A stretch of 47,087 nt of DNA from IMG/VR virus record IMGVR_UViG_2718218131_000001, one strand, 5' to 3'. The position numbers and the translations under genes were made by a program. Of the stretch, positions 19,716 through 32,929 are shown in pieces; position 1 is the first letter of the stretch; each line of letters opens with the position of its first letter. The DNA is from a virus. Lineage: Duplodnaviria > Heunggongvirae > Uroviricota > Caudoviricetes. The notes beneath the pieces are model-generated. The model was given only the letters and a program-made list of their open reading frames with translations, was not told the DNA's origin and did no database searches.

Positions 19716-20123
19716 ATGACCTGCCACTGGCAGATGGTCATCCTGTGATTTGATTCCGGTTCCGGCTTTTTAACTCTGTTCCTGTACACGGGAGAAATTC
19801 TATGTCGATTAATCGTTATGATATTGGTTACAAGAAGTACCACGTATTGTGTTGAGATAGAAAGCATGGTGCCAGAGGTAAATGCAGCAGCATAATAAAA
19901 AAGAGCCAGCGCAGAAGAGAACGGGTAAAAGAGTCTGCGCTGGCGTGGGGATATTCCCCGTGGAGAAATGATATGTAACACACATCGGGAACCTTTCTAT
20001 ATAAACATTATCATTATTGTCAATCATAACAGTCAGGTATTATGACGTTTATGCATCAGGGCCATCAGGAATTAACTGGTGGCTTTTTATTGTTGTCAGC
20101 TTCCGGATAACGGGAGACGGGGT

Positions 20124-20339
20124 ATGTACCAGATGGAAAAAATAACAACAGGTGTGTCATACACCACGTCAGCGGTGGGGACGGGATACTGGCTACTGCA
20201 GTTGCTGGACAAAGTCTCTCCGTCCCAGTGGGTGGCAATAGGTGTGCTGGGAAGTCTGCTGTTTGGCCTGCTGACGTATCTGACAAATCTTTATTTCAAG
20301 ATTAAAGAAGATAAGCGTAAGGCTGCGAGAGGTGAATAA
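20124..20339 (+). CDS. S: Class II holin (phage 21 S21-type pinholin)
   Basis: 71 codons from MYQMEK (dual Met start); ...[40 protein letters not shown] matches S21. Confidence 0.85.
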   Translation: MYQMEKITTGVSYTTSAVGTGYWLLQLLDKVSPSQWVAIGVLGSLLFGLLTYLTNLYFKIKEDKRKAARGE

Positions 20340-20836
20340 TGTCGCCGTCATTACGCAAGGCTGTTGCAGCTGCTATTGGTGGTGGGGCTGTTGCCATAGC
20401 GTCTGTGCTCATCACTGGTCCAGGTGGTAACGATGGTCTGGAAGGTGTCAGCTACATACCATACAAAGATATCGTTGGCGTATGGACTGTATGTCACGGA
20501 CACACCGGAAAAGACATCATGCCCGGTAAAACGTATACCGAAGCAGAATGCAAAGCCCTCCTGAATAAAGACCTTGCCACGGTCGCCAGACAAATTAACC
20601 CGTACATCAACGTCGATATACCGGAAACAACGCGCGGCGCTCTTTACTCGTTCGTTTACAACGTGGGCGCTGGCAATTTCAGAACATCGACGCTTCTTCG
20701 CAAAATAAACCAGGGCGATATCAAAGGCGCATGTGATCAGCTACGGCGCTGGACATACGCTGGCGGTAAGCAATGGAAAGGGCTGATGACTCGCCGCGAG
20801 ATTGAGCGTGAAGTCTGTTTGTGGGGGCAACAATGA
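20339..20836 (+). CDS. R: SAR endolysin (lysozyme with N-terminal signal-anchor-release helix)
   Basis: 165-aa ORF; Gly/Ala-rich N-terminal hydrophobic helix [20 protein letters not shown] then lysozyme catalytic region; phage-21-type. Confidence 0.85.
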   Translation: MSPSLRKAVAAAIGGGAVAIASVLITGPGGNDGLEGVSYIPYKDIVGVWTVCHGHTGKDIMPGKTYTEAECKALLNKDLATVARQINPYINVDIPETTRGALYSFVYNVGAGNFRTSTLLRKINQGDIKGACDQLRRWTYAGGKQWKGLMTRREIEREVCLWGQQ

Positions 20837-21270
20837 GCAGGGTAACCGTTATTATCTCCGCTCTGGTTATCTGCATTATCGCCTGCCTGTCATGGGCTGT
20901 TAATCATTACCGTGATAACGCCATCGCCTACAAAGAGCAGCGCGATAAAGCCACATCCATCATCGCTGATATGCAGAAGCGGCAACGTGATGTAGCAGAA
21001 CTTGACGCCAGATACACAAAGGAGCTTGCTGATGCTAATGCGACTATCGAAAGTCTCCGTGCTGATGTTTCTGCTGGGCGTAAGCGCCTGCAAGTCTCCG
21101 CCACCTGTGCAAAGTCAACGACCGGAGCCAGCAGCATGGGCGATGGAGAAAGCCCAGGACTTACAGCAGATGCTGAACTCAATTATTACCGTCTCCGAGG
21201 TGGAATCGACAAGATAACCGCGCAGGTTAACTACCTGCAGGAATACATCAGGACGCAGTGCTTAAAATAA
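20833..21270 (+). CDS. Rz: i-spanin Rz
   Basis: Track ORF 20821..21270; ATG at 20833 overlaps the endolysin stop; N-terminal TM helix then coiled coil. Confidence 0.8.
   Translation: MSRVTVIISALVICIIACLSWAVNHYRDNAIAYKEQRDKATSIIADMQKRQRDVAELDARYTKELADANATIESLRADVSAGRKRLQVSATCAKSTTGASSMGDGESPGLTADAELNYYRLRGGIDKITAQVNYLQEYIRTQCLK
21002..21217 (+). CDS. Rz1: o-spanin Rz1 (lipoprotein) embedded in Rz in the +1 frame
   Basis: ORF nested in Rz; signal peptide with lipobox-like VSAC then Pro-rich segment [12 protein letters not shown]; exact start uncertain. Confidence 0.6.
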   Translation: MTPDTQRSLLMLMRLSKVSVLMFLLGVSACKSPPPVQSQRPEPAAWAMEKAQDLQQMLNSIITVSEVESTR

Positions 21271-21310
21271 TTTTAATTTCACTGAAATTTAACAAGTGAC
21301 TTTCAGGAAA

Positions 21311-21337
21311 ATGCCTCGCAGATGCGGGGCATTTTTG
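21311..21337 (+). terminator. Rho-independent terminator after the lysis cassette
   Basis: Hairpin ATGCCTCG-(6 nt)-CGGGGCAT followed by TTTTT. Confidence 0.55.
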
Positions 21338-21488
21338 TACCGGTATTTCACCGCGCACCGCAGCGCACAATAAACACCGAACCTGACCCTTTGGAATGGG
21401 CCTTTGAGGATACCAGTTAGTGCTGGCGAGCCTCGGTGGGCTGGTTTCCTGTGCGGCAAAGGTTCATTTCAAAGAAGCAGGCAACGCC

Positions 21489-22037
21489 ATGAATGAATTA
21501 ATTGCGAATCATGACTTCGACTTTCGCCAGTTAGTTACCGCAGCAGAAGGTCAACCGGTAACTGACACCTTCCAGATTGCCAGGGCATTTGGTAAACGCC
21601 ATCAGCATGTGATTAGGGCTATTAAATGTTTGAGATGTTCTGAGGAATTCTCGACAACCCATTTTTGGGCCGTCGAGAAAATCAATGACTTAGGTATTTT
21701 TGACAAGAAACAGATTTACTACCGCATGGACTTTAGTGGCTTCGTTATGCTGGTTATGGGATTTAACGGGGCAAAAGCCGATGCTGTTAAAGAAGCCTAT
21801 ATCAATGCGTTTAACTGGATGTCAGCAGAACTCCGTAAGTACAGCGAAAGTTATGAAGCAGAACGTAACGCCGTAATGCTGGAGTACATGAAAGAGAAGG
21901 ATGTCGCCAGCATGTCAGGCCGTCTGCTCAATCGCTGGGGGAGAACGAAAAAACCTCAATTGCTTGCAAAGCTGGAACGTCTGGAGAGACAGGGACAGTT
22001 TTTATTACCGGGATTCGATAAAGGTATTCAAGCCTGA
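21489..22037 (+). CDS. Phage regulatory protein, Rha/antirepressor-like
   Basis: Track ORF 21420..22037; ATG at 21489 (MNELIANHDFDFRQLV...); N-terminal region resembles Rha-family regulators; weak RBS. Confidence 0.45.
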   Translation: MNELIANHDFDFRQLVTAAEGQPVTDTFQIARAFGKRHQHVIRAIKCLRCSEEFSTTHFWAVEKINDLGIFDKKQIYYRMDFSGFVMLVMGFNGAKADAVKEAYINAFNWMSAELRKYSESYEAERNAVMLEYMKEKDVASMSGRLLNRWGRTKKPQLLAKLERLERQGQFLLPGFDKGIQA

Positions 22038-22341
22038 CACATTATGCGCTGTATCGTCGCCGTATTCCCGCATTAACCATGACCGTAGCCCGACGGGGAA
22101 TTCCTTCTGCGTGAGTGTGCGGGAATAATCAAAAACGATGCACACCGGGTTTTTACCGCGTTTATGGTTCGCGGGGGTGTCCCTCATGCTCGCCAGTCCT
22201 GTGCGGGGGTGGAAGAAACAGGACGTGTATTCAGGTCTGTGTGACTGTGGTCGCAAGACTTTTGTCGTTCAGCTATTAAATCCCATTACGAAGTAGACCA
22301 GAACGGCCAACGGGTCCTTTCCGGCGATCCGACAGGTTACG

Positions 22342-22353
22342 GGGCGGCGACCT
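22342..22353 (+). other. cosN cohesive-end site (GGGCGGCGACCT)
   Basis: Exact lambda 12-nt cos sequence with lambda-like flanks, about 180 bp upstream of nu1. Confidence 0.85.
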
Positions 22354-22530
22354 CGCGGGTTTTCGCTATTTATGAAAATTTTCCGGTTTAAGGCATTTCC
22401 GTTCTTCTTCGTCGTAACTTAATGTTTTTATTTAAAATACCCCCTGAAAAGAAAGGAAACGACAGGTGCTGAAAACGAGCTTTTGGGCCTCTGTCGTTTC
22501 CTTTCTCTGTTTTTGGCCGTGGAATGAACA

Positions 22531-23050
22531 ATGGAAGTCAACAAAAAGCAGCTGGCTGACATTTTCGGCGCGAGTATCCGTACCATTCAGAACTGGCAGG
22601 AGCAGGGAATGCCCGTTCTGCGAGGCGGTGGGAAGGGTAATGAGGTGCTTTATGACTCTGCCGCCGTCATAAAATGGTATGCCGAAAGGGATGCTGAAAT
22701 TGAGAACGAAAAGCTGCGCCGGGAGGTTGAAGAACTGCGACAGGCCAGCGAGACAGATCTCCAGCCAGGGACTATTGAGTACGAACGCCATCGACTTACG
22801 CGTGCGCAGGCCGACGCACAGGAGCTGAAAAATGCCAGAGACTCCGCTGAAGTGGTGGAAACCGCATTCTGTACTTTCGTGCTGTCGCGGATCGCAGGTG
22901 AAATTGCCAGTATTCTCGACGGGATCCCCCTGTCGGTGCAGCGGCGTTTTCCGGAACTGGAAAACCGACATGTTGATTTCCTGAAACGGGATATCATCAA
23001 AGCCATGAACAAAGCAGCCGCGCTGGATGAACTGATACCGGGGGTGCTGA

Positions 23051-23076
<26 letters not shown>
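22531..23076 (+). CDS. nu1: Terminase small subunit Nu1
   Basis: 181-aa ORF MEVNKKQLADIFGASIRTIQNWQEQGMPVLRGGGKGNEVLYDSAAV... matches lambda Nu1. Confidence 0.95.
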
Positions 23077-26747
<3,671 letters not shown>

Positions 26748-26757
26748 GAGGAGAAGA

Positions 26758-28077
26758 GTGACAGCAGAGCTGCGTAATCTCCCGCATATTGCCAGCATGG
26801 CTTTTAATGAGCCGCTGATGCTTGAACCCGCCTATGCGCGGGTTTTCTTTTGTGCGCTTGCAGGCCAGCTTGGGATCAGCCGCCTGACGGATGCAGTATC
26901 CGGCGACAGCCTGACTGCCGGAGAGGCACCCGCGGCGCTGGCGTTATCCGGTGATGATGACGGACCACGACAGGCCCGCAGTTATCAGGTCATGAACGGC
27001 ATCGCCGTGCTGCCGGTGTCCGGCACGCTGGTCAGCCGGACGCGGGCGCTGCAGCCGTACTCGGGGATGACCGGTTACAACGGCATTATCGCCCGTCTGC
27101 AACAGGCTGCCAGCGACCCGATGGTGGACGGCATTCTGCTCGATATGGACACACCGGGCGGAATGGTGGCGGGAGCATTTGACTGCGCTGACATCATCGC
27201 CCGTGTGCGTGACATAAAGCCGGTATGGGCGCTGGCCAATGACATGAACTGCAGCGCAGGTCAGCTGCTTGCCAGTGCCGCCACCCGGCGTCTGGTCACG
27301 CAGACCGCCCGGACAGGCTCCATCGGCGTCATGATGGCTCACAGTAATTACGGCGCTGCACTGGAGAAACAGGGCGTGGAAATCACGCTGATTTACAGCG
27401 GCAGCCATAAGGTGGATGGCAACCCCTACAGCCATCTACCGGATGATGTCCGGGAAACACTGCAGTCCCGGATGGATGCAACCCGCCGGATGTTTGCACA
27501 GAAGGTGTCGGCATATACCGGCCTGTCCGTGCAGGCTGTGCTGGATACCGAGGCTGCAGTGTACAGCGGTCAGGAGGCCATTGATGCCGGACTGGCTGAT
27601 GAACTTGTCAACAGCACCGATGCGATCACCGTCATGCGTGATGCACTGGATGCACGTAAATCCCGTCTCTCAGGAGGGCGAATGACCAAAGAGACTCAAT
27701 CAACAACTGTTTCAGCCACTGCTTCGCAGGCTGACGTTACTGGCGTGGTGCCAGCGATGGAGGGCGAAAACGCCAGCGCGGCGCAGCCGGACGTGAACGC
27801 GCAGATCACCGCTGCGGTTGCGGCAGAAAACAGCCGCATTATGGGGATCCTCAACTGTGAGGAGGCTCACGGACGCGAAGAACAGGCCCGCGTGCTGGCA
27901 GAAACCCCCGGTATGACCGTGGAAACGGCCCGCCGCATTCTGGCCGCAGCACCACAGAGTGCACAGGCGCGCAGTGATACTGCGCTGGATCGTCTGATGC
28001 AGGGGGCACCGGCACCGCTGGCTGCAGGTAACCCGGCATCTGATGCCGTTAACGATTTGCTGAACACACCAGTGTAA
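26758..28077 (+). CDS. C: Prohead protease/scaffold C (with nested Nu3)
   Basis: Track ORF 26623..28077; true start GTG 26758 (VTAELRNLPHIASMAFNEPLM...) after GGAGGA, giving the 439-aa lambda gpC. Confidence 0.9.
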   Translation: MTAELRNLPHIASMAFNEPLMLEPAYARVFFCALAGQLGISRLTDAVSGDSLTAGEAPAALALSGDDDGPRQARSYQVMNGIAVLPVSGTLVSRTRALQPYSGMTGYNGIIARLQQAASDPMVDGILLDMDTPGGMVAGAFDCADIIARVRDIKPVWALANDMNCSAGQLLASAATRRLVTQTARTGSIGVMMAHSNYGAALEKQGVEITLIYSGSHKVDGNPYSHLPDDVRETLQSRMDATRRMFAQKVSAYTGLSVQAVLDTEAAVYSGQEAIDAGLADELVNSTDAITVMRDALDARKSRLSGGRMTKETQSTTVSATASQADVTGVVPAMEGENASAAQPDVNAQITAAVAAENSRIMGILNCEEAHGREEQARVLAETPGMTVETARRILAAAPQSAQARSDTALDRLMQGAPAPLAAGNPASDAVNDLLNTPV

Positions 28078-28086
28078 GGGATGTTT

Positions 28087-28419
28087 ATGACGAGCAAAGA
28101 AACCTTTACCCATTACCAGCCGCTGGGCAACAGTGACCCGGCTCATACCGCAACCGCGCCCGGCGGATTGAGTGCGAAAGCGTCTGCAATGACCCCGCTG
28201 ATGCTGGACACCGCCACCCGTAAGCTGGTTGCGTGGGATGGCACCACCGACGGTGCTGCCGTTGGCATTCTTGCGGTTGCTGCTGACCAGACCAGCACCA
28301 CGCTGACGTTCTACAAGTCCGGCACGTTCCGTTATGAGGATGTGCTCTGGCCGGAGGCTGCCAGCGACGAGACGAAAAAACGGACCGCGTTTGCCGGAAC
28401 GGCAATCAGCATCGTTTAA
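28087..28419 (+). CDS. D: Head decoration protein D
   Basis: [27 protein letters not shown]... matches lambda gpD. Confidence 0.95.
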   Translation: MTSKETFTHYQPLGNSDPAHTATAPGGLSAKASAMTPLMLDTATRKLVAWDGTTDGAAVGILAVAADQTSTTLTFYKSGTFRYEDVLWPEAASDETKKRTAFAGTAISIV

Positions 28420-28474
28420 CCTTACCCTTCATCACTAAAGGCCGCCTGTGCGGCTTTTTTTACGGGATTTTTTT

Positions 28475-29500
28475 ATGTCGATGTACACAACCGCCCAGCT
28501 GCTGGCGGCAAATGAGCAGAAATTTAAGTTTGATCCGCTGTTTCTGCGTCTCTTTTTCCGTGAGAGCTATCCCTTCACCACGGAGAAAGTCTATCTCTCA
28601 CAAATTCCGGGACTGGTAAACATGGCGCTGTACGTTTCGCCGATTGTTTCCGGTGAGGTTATCCGTTCCCGTGGCGGCTCCACCTCTGAATTTACGCCGG
28701 GATATGTCAAGCCGAAGCATGAGGTGAATCCGCAGATGACCCTGCGTCGCCTGCCGGATGAAGATCCGCAGAATCTGGCGGACCCGGCTTACCGCCGCCG
28801 TCGCATCATCATGCAGAACATGCGTGACGAAGAGCTGGCCATTGCCCAGGTCGAAGAGATGCAGGCAGTTTCTGCCGTGCTTAAGGGCAAATACACCATG
28901 ACCGGTGAAGCCTTTGATCCGGTTGAGGTGGATATGGGCCGCAGTGCGGCAAACAACATCACACAGTCCGGTGGCACGGAGTGGAGCAAGCGTGACAAGT
29001 CCACGTATGACCCGACCGACGATATCGAAGCCTACGCGCTGAACGCCAGCGGCGTGGTGAATATCATCGTGTTTGATCCGAAAGGCTGGGCGCTGTTCCG
29101 TTCCTTCAAAGCCGTCAGGGATAAGCTGGATACCCGTCGCGGCTCTCATTCCGAGCTGGAGACAGCGGTAAAAGACCTGGGCAAAGCGGTGTCTTATAAG
29201 GGAATGTATGGCGATGTGGCCATCGTCGTGTATTCCGGACAGTACGTGGAAAACGGCGTCAAAAAGAACTTCCTGCCGGACAACACGATGGTGCTGGGGA
29301 ACACTCAGGCACGCGGTCTGCGTACCTATGGCTGTATTCAGGATGCGGACGCACAGCGCGAAGGCATTAACGCCTCTGCCCGTTACCCGAAAAACTGGGT
29401 GACTACCGGCGATCCGGCGCGAGAGTTCACCATGATTCAGTCAGCACCGCTGATGCTGCTGGCTGACCCTGATGAGTTCGTGTCTGTACAACTGGCGTAA
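28475..29500 (+). CDS. E: Major capsid protein E
   Basis: MSMYTTAQLLAANEQKFKFDPLFLRLFFRESYPF... matches lambda gpE (341 aa). Confidence 0.95.
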   Translation: MSMYTTAQLLAANEQKFKFDPLFLRLFFRESYPFTTEKVYLSQIPGLVNMALYVSPIVSGEVIRSRGGSTSEFTPGYVKPKHEVNPQMTLRRLPDEDPQNLADPAYRRRRIIMQNMRDEELAIAQVEEMQAVSAVLKGKYTMTGEAFDPVEVDMGRSAANNITQSGGTEWSKRDKSTYDPTDDIEAYALNASGVVNIIVFDPKGWALFRSFKAVRDKLDTRRGSHSELETAVKDLGKAVSYKGMYGDVAIVVYSGQYVENGVKKNFLPDNTMVLGNTQARGLRTYGCIQDADAQREGINASARYPKNWVTTGDPAREFTMIQSAPLMLLADPDEFVSVQLA

Positions 29501-29541
29501 TCATGGCCCTTCGGGGCCATTGTTTCTCTGTGGATGAGTCC

Positions 29542-29937
29542 ATGACGAAAGATGAACTGATTGCCCGTCTCCGCTCGCTGGGTGAACAACTGAACCGTGA
29601 TGTCAGCCTGACGGGGACGAAAGAAGAACTGGCGCTCCGTGTGGCAGAGCTGGAAGAGGAGCTTGATGACACGGATGACGCAGCCGGTCAGGACACGTCT
29701 GTCAGCCCGGAAAATGCGCTGACCGGACATGAAAATGAGGTGGTATCAGCACAGACGGATACCGTGACTGATACGGCTGCTCTGGTCACGGTTGTGGCAC
29801 TGGTGACGCTGCATACCGATGCACTTCACGCCACGCGGGATGAACCTGTGGCATTTGTGCTGCCGGGAACGGCGTTTCGTGTCTCTGCCGGTGTGGCAGC
29901 CGAAATGACAGAACGTGGCCTGGCCAGAATGCAATAA
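29542..29937 (+). CDS. FI: DNA packaging protein FI
   Basis: MTKDELIARLRSLGEQLNRDVSLTGTKEELALRVAELEEELDD... matches lambda gpFI. Confidence 0.9.
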   Translation: MTKDELIARLRSLGEQLNRDVSLTGTKEELALRVAELEEELDDTDDAAGQDTSVSPENALTGHENEVVSAQTDTVTDTAALVTVVALVTLHTDALHATRDEPVAFVLPGTAFRVSAGVAAEMTERGLARMQ

Positions 29938-29948
29938 CGGGAGGCGCT

Positions 29949-30302
29949 GTGGCTGATTTCGATAACCTGTTCGATGCTGCCATTGCCCGCGCCGATGAAA
30001 CGATACGCGGGTACATGGGAACGTCAGCCACCATGACATCCGGTGAGCAGTCCGGCGCAGTAATACGTGGTGTTTTTGATGACCCTGAAAATATCAGCTA
30101 TGCCGGACAGGGCGTGCGCGTTGAAGGCTCCAGCCCGTCCCTGTTTGTCCGGACTGATGATGTGCGGCAACTGCGGCGTGGAGACACGCTGACCATCGGT
30201 GAGGAAAACTTCTGGATAGACCGGATTTCGCCGGATGATGGCGGAAGCTGTCATCTCTGGCTTGGGCGTGGCGTGCCGCCTGCCGTTAACCGTCGCCGCT
30301 GA
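29949..30302 (+). CDS. FII: Head-tail connector FII
   Basis: 117-aa ORF MADFDNLFDAAIARADETIRGYMGTSA... matches lambda gpFII. Confidence 0.95.
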   Translation: MADFDNLFDAAIARADETIRGYMGTSATMTSGEQSGAVIRGVFDDPENISYAGQGVRVEGSSPSLFVRTDDVRQLRRGDTLTIGEENFWIDRISPDDGGSCHLWLGRGVPPAVNRRR

Positions 30303-30313
30303 AAGGGGGATGT

Positions 30314-30892
30314 ATGGCCATAAAAGGTCTTGAGCAGGCCGTTGAAAACCTCAGCCGTATCAGCAAAACGGCGGTGCCCGGTGCGTCAGCAATGGCCATT
30401 AACCGCGTTGCTTCATCCGCGATATCGCAGTCTGCGTCACAGGTTGCCCGTGAGACAAAGGTACGCCGGAAACTGGTAAAGGAAAGGGCCAGGCTGAAAA
30501 GGGCCACGGTTAAAAATCCGCAGGCCAGAATCAAGGTTAACCGGGGGGATTTGCCCGTAATCAAGCTGGGGAATGCGCGGGTTGTCCTGTCCCGACGCAG
30601 GCGTCGTAAAAAGGGGCAGCGTTCATCCCTGAAAGGTGGCGGCAGCGTGCTTGTGGTGGGTAACCGTCGTATTCCCGGCGCGTTTATTCAGCAACTGAAA
30701 AATGGGCGGTGGCATGTCATGCAGCGTGTGGCCGGGAAAAACCGTTACCCCATTGATGTGGTGAAAATCCCGATGGCGGTGCCGCTTACCACGGCGTTTA
30801 AACAGAATATTGAACGGATACGGCGTGAACGTCTTCCGAAAGAGCTGGGCTATGCGCTGCAGCATCAACTGAGAATGGTAATAAAGCGATGA
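30314..30892 (+). CDS. Z: Tail completion protein Z
   Basis: 192-aa ORF in the lambda gpZ position, size and sequence. Confidence 0.9.
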   Translation: MAIKGLEQAVENLSRISKTAVPGASAMAINRVASSAISQSASQVARETKVRRKLVKERARLKRATVKNPQARIKVNRGDLPVIKLGNARVVLSRRRRRKKGQRSSLKGGGSVLVVGNRRIPGAFIQQLKNGRWHVMQRVAGKNRYPIDVVKIPMAVPLTTAFKQNIERIRRERLPKELGYALQHQLRMVIKR

Positions 30893-31284
30893 AACATACT
30901 GAACTCCGTGCAGCCGTACTGGATGCACTGGAGAAGCATGACACCGGGGCGACGCTTTTTGATGGTCGCCCCGCTGTTTTTGATGAGGCGGATTTTCCGG
31001 CAGTTGCCGTTTATCTCACCGGCGCTGAATACACGGGCGAAGAGCTGGACAGCGATACCTGGCAGGCGGAGCTGCATATTGAAGTTTTCCTGCCTGCTCA
31101 GGTGCCGGATTCAGAGCTGGATGCGTGGATGGAGTCCCGGATTTATCCGGTGATGAGCGATATCCCGGCACTGGCAGGACTGATTACCACGATGGTTACG
31201 CAGGGCTATGAGTATCGTCGTGATGACGATATGGCGTTATGGAGTTCTGCAGATCTGACTTATTCCATTACATACGAGATGTGA
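30889..31284 (+). CDS. U: Tail terminator U
   Basis: 131-aa ORF matching lambda gpU. Confidence 0.9.
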   Translation: MKHTELRAAVLDALEKHDTGATLFDGRPAVFDEADFPAVAVYLTGAEYTGEELDSDTWQAELHIEVFLPAQVPDSELDAWMESRIYPVMSDIPALAGLITTMVTQGYEYRRDDDMALWSSADLTYSITYEM

Positions 31285-31291
31285 GGACGAT

Positions 31292-32044
31292 ATGGCAACA
31301 CCAAATCCCCTTGAGCCGGTAAAAGGTGCCGGTACCACTCTGTGGGTTTACAACGGCAAGGGTGATGCTTATGCAAACCCGTTGTCAGACGATGACTGGC
31401 AGCGACTGGCTAAGGTGAAGGATCTGACGCCGGGCGAGATGACGGCAGAACCCTACGATGATAACTACCTGGATGATGAAGACGCGGACTGGACCGCGAC
31501 CGGGCAGGGGCAGAAGTCTGCAGGAGATACCAGTTTTACGCTGGCCTGGAAACCGGGAGAAGAAGGTCAGAAAGGGCTTATAGGCTGGTTTGAAAGCGGG
31601 GATGTGCGGGCCTATAAAATCCGTTTCCCAAATGGCACGGTGGATGTGTTCCGTGGCTGGGTCAGCAGTATCGGTAAGGCCGTGACGGCGAAAGAAGTGA
31701 TCACCCGCACGGTGAAAGTGACCAACGTGGGCAAACCTTCTGTAGCGGAAGAACGCAGCAAAATTACGCCGGTCACTGCGATTAAGGTGACGCCGACATC
31801 CGGTACGGTGGCAAAAGGGAAAACAACCACCCTGACGGTTTCTTTTGAGCCGGAAAGTGCAACCGACAAGACGTTCAGAGCGGTTTCCGCCGATCCGTCG
31901 AAAGCCACCATTAGTGTGAAAGATATGACAATTACGGTAAACGGCGTGGCGACAGGTAAGGTGCAGATCCCTGTGGTGAGCGGAAATGGTCAGTTCGCCG
32001 CAGTGGCTGAAGTCACCGTTACTGAAGCGGGCGCTGCAGGGTAA
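31292..32044 (+). CDS. V: Major tail tube protein V (with C-terminal Ig-like domain)
   Basis: 250-aa ORF; core ...[11 protein letters not shown]...[41 protein letters not shown] matches lambda gpV. Confidence 0.95.
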   Translation: MATPNPLEPVKGAGTTLWVYNGKGDAYANPLSDDDWQRLAKVKDLTPGEMTAEPYDDNYLDDEDADWTATGQGQKSAGDTSFTLAWKPGEEGQKGLIGWFESGDVRAYKIRFPNGTVDVFRGWVSSIGKAVTAKEVITRTVKVTNVGKPSVAEERSKITPVTAIKVTPTSGTVAKGKTTTLTVSFEPESATDKTFRAVSADPSKATISVKDMTITVNGVATGKVQIPVVSGNGQFAAVAEVTVTEAGAAG

Positions 32045-32057
32045 ACGGAGGTAATAC

Positions 32058-32489
32058 ATGTTTCTGAAAACAGAACAATTTGAATATAACGGTGTGTCCG
32101 TCACGCTTTCCGAATTGTCTGCGCTGCAGCGTATCGAGCATCTTGCCCTGCTGAAACGACGGGCAGAACAGGCTGAAGCCAGCGGTAACCTGCAGGTGAG
32201 CGTGGAAGACCTTGTCAGAACCGGCGCGTTTCTGGTGGCGATGTCCCTGTGGCATAACCATCCACAGAAAACGGAGTCACCATCAATGAATGAGGCTGTG
32301 ATGCAGATCGAACAGGAGGTGCTCACCACCTGGCCTGCTGATGCCATTGCCCGGGCGGAAGACGTGGTGTTGCGTCTGTCCGGGATGAGCGGGGCTGTTC
32401 ATGTGGATACGGATATCACCGAAGTGGCGAAAAATAACGCGCTTACTGATGATGATTTTTCTGCGGGAAAGTCTTCGACGGCGAGCTGA
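32058..32489 (+). CDS. G: Tail assembly chaperone G
   Basis: 143-aa ORF MFLKTEQFEYNGVSVTLSELSALQRIEHLALLKRRAEQAE... matches lambda gpG. Confidence 0.95.
   Translation: MFLKTEQFEYNGVSVTLSELSALQRIEHLALLKRRAEQAEASGNLQVSVEDLVRTGAFLVAMSLWHNHPQKTESPSMNEAVMQIEQEVLTTWPADAIARAEDVVLRLSGMSGAVHVDTDITEVAKNNALTDDDFSAGKSSTAS
32465..32471 (+). promoter_or_regulatory. Programmed -1 ribosomal frameshift site G GGA AAG (G to GT)
   Basis: Slippery heptamer GGGAAAG in the G frame near the end of G; the -1 frame continues open through 32929. Confidence 0.85.
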
Positions 32490-32929
32490 ATTTTGCCCTC
32501 AGACTGGCGCGAGAGATGGGGAGGCCTGACTGGCGCGCCATGCTTGCCGGGATGACATCCACCGAATATGCCGACTGGCGACATTTTTACCGCACGCATT
32601 ATTTTCAGGATACCCAACTGGATATGCATTTTTCCGGGCTGATGTACGCTGTACTCAGCCTGTTTTTTTGCGATCCGGATATGCATCCCTCTGATTTCAG
32701 TCTGCTTGTCCCCCGGCATGAGGAAGAGCAGGTGGAGAGGCTGGATGAGGACAAAATGCTGATGCAGAAAGCGGCAGGACTTGCCGGAGGCGTCCGGTTC
32801 GGTGGGGACGGAGGGGGCGATATTTTATCGTCTGCGGATGTGGCGGATGTCATGGTGGATGATGCCGCATTAATGATGGCTTCAGCGGGGATTCCAGGAG
32901 GTGTGAGATATGTCCCAGCCGGTTGGTGA
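32471..32929 (+). CDS. T: T segment of the gpGT frameshift fusion tail assembly chaperone
   Basis: Open -1 frame from the slippery site to 32929 (track ORF 32516..32929); no independent start expected. Confidence 0.75.
   Translation, partial: VFDGELNFALRLAREMGRPDWRAMLAGMTSTEYADWRHFYRTHYFQDTQLDMHFSGLMYAVLSLFFCDPDMHPSDFSLLVPRHEEEQVERLDEDKMLMQKAAGLAGGVRFGGDGGGDILSSADVADVMVDDAALMMASAGIPGGVRYVPAGW

Noticed and set aside
22432-22971. 179-aa minus-strand ORF overlapping nu1
   Set aside because: Antisense to the conserved terminase small subunit gene; no independent support.
28598-32347. Several long minus-strand ORFs (28598..29149, 31385..32347 and others) inside head and tail genes
   Set aside because: All lie antisense within conserved lambda structural genes with biased composition and no start signals.
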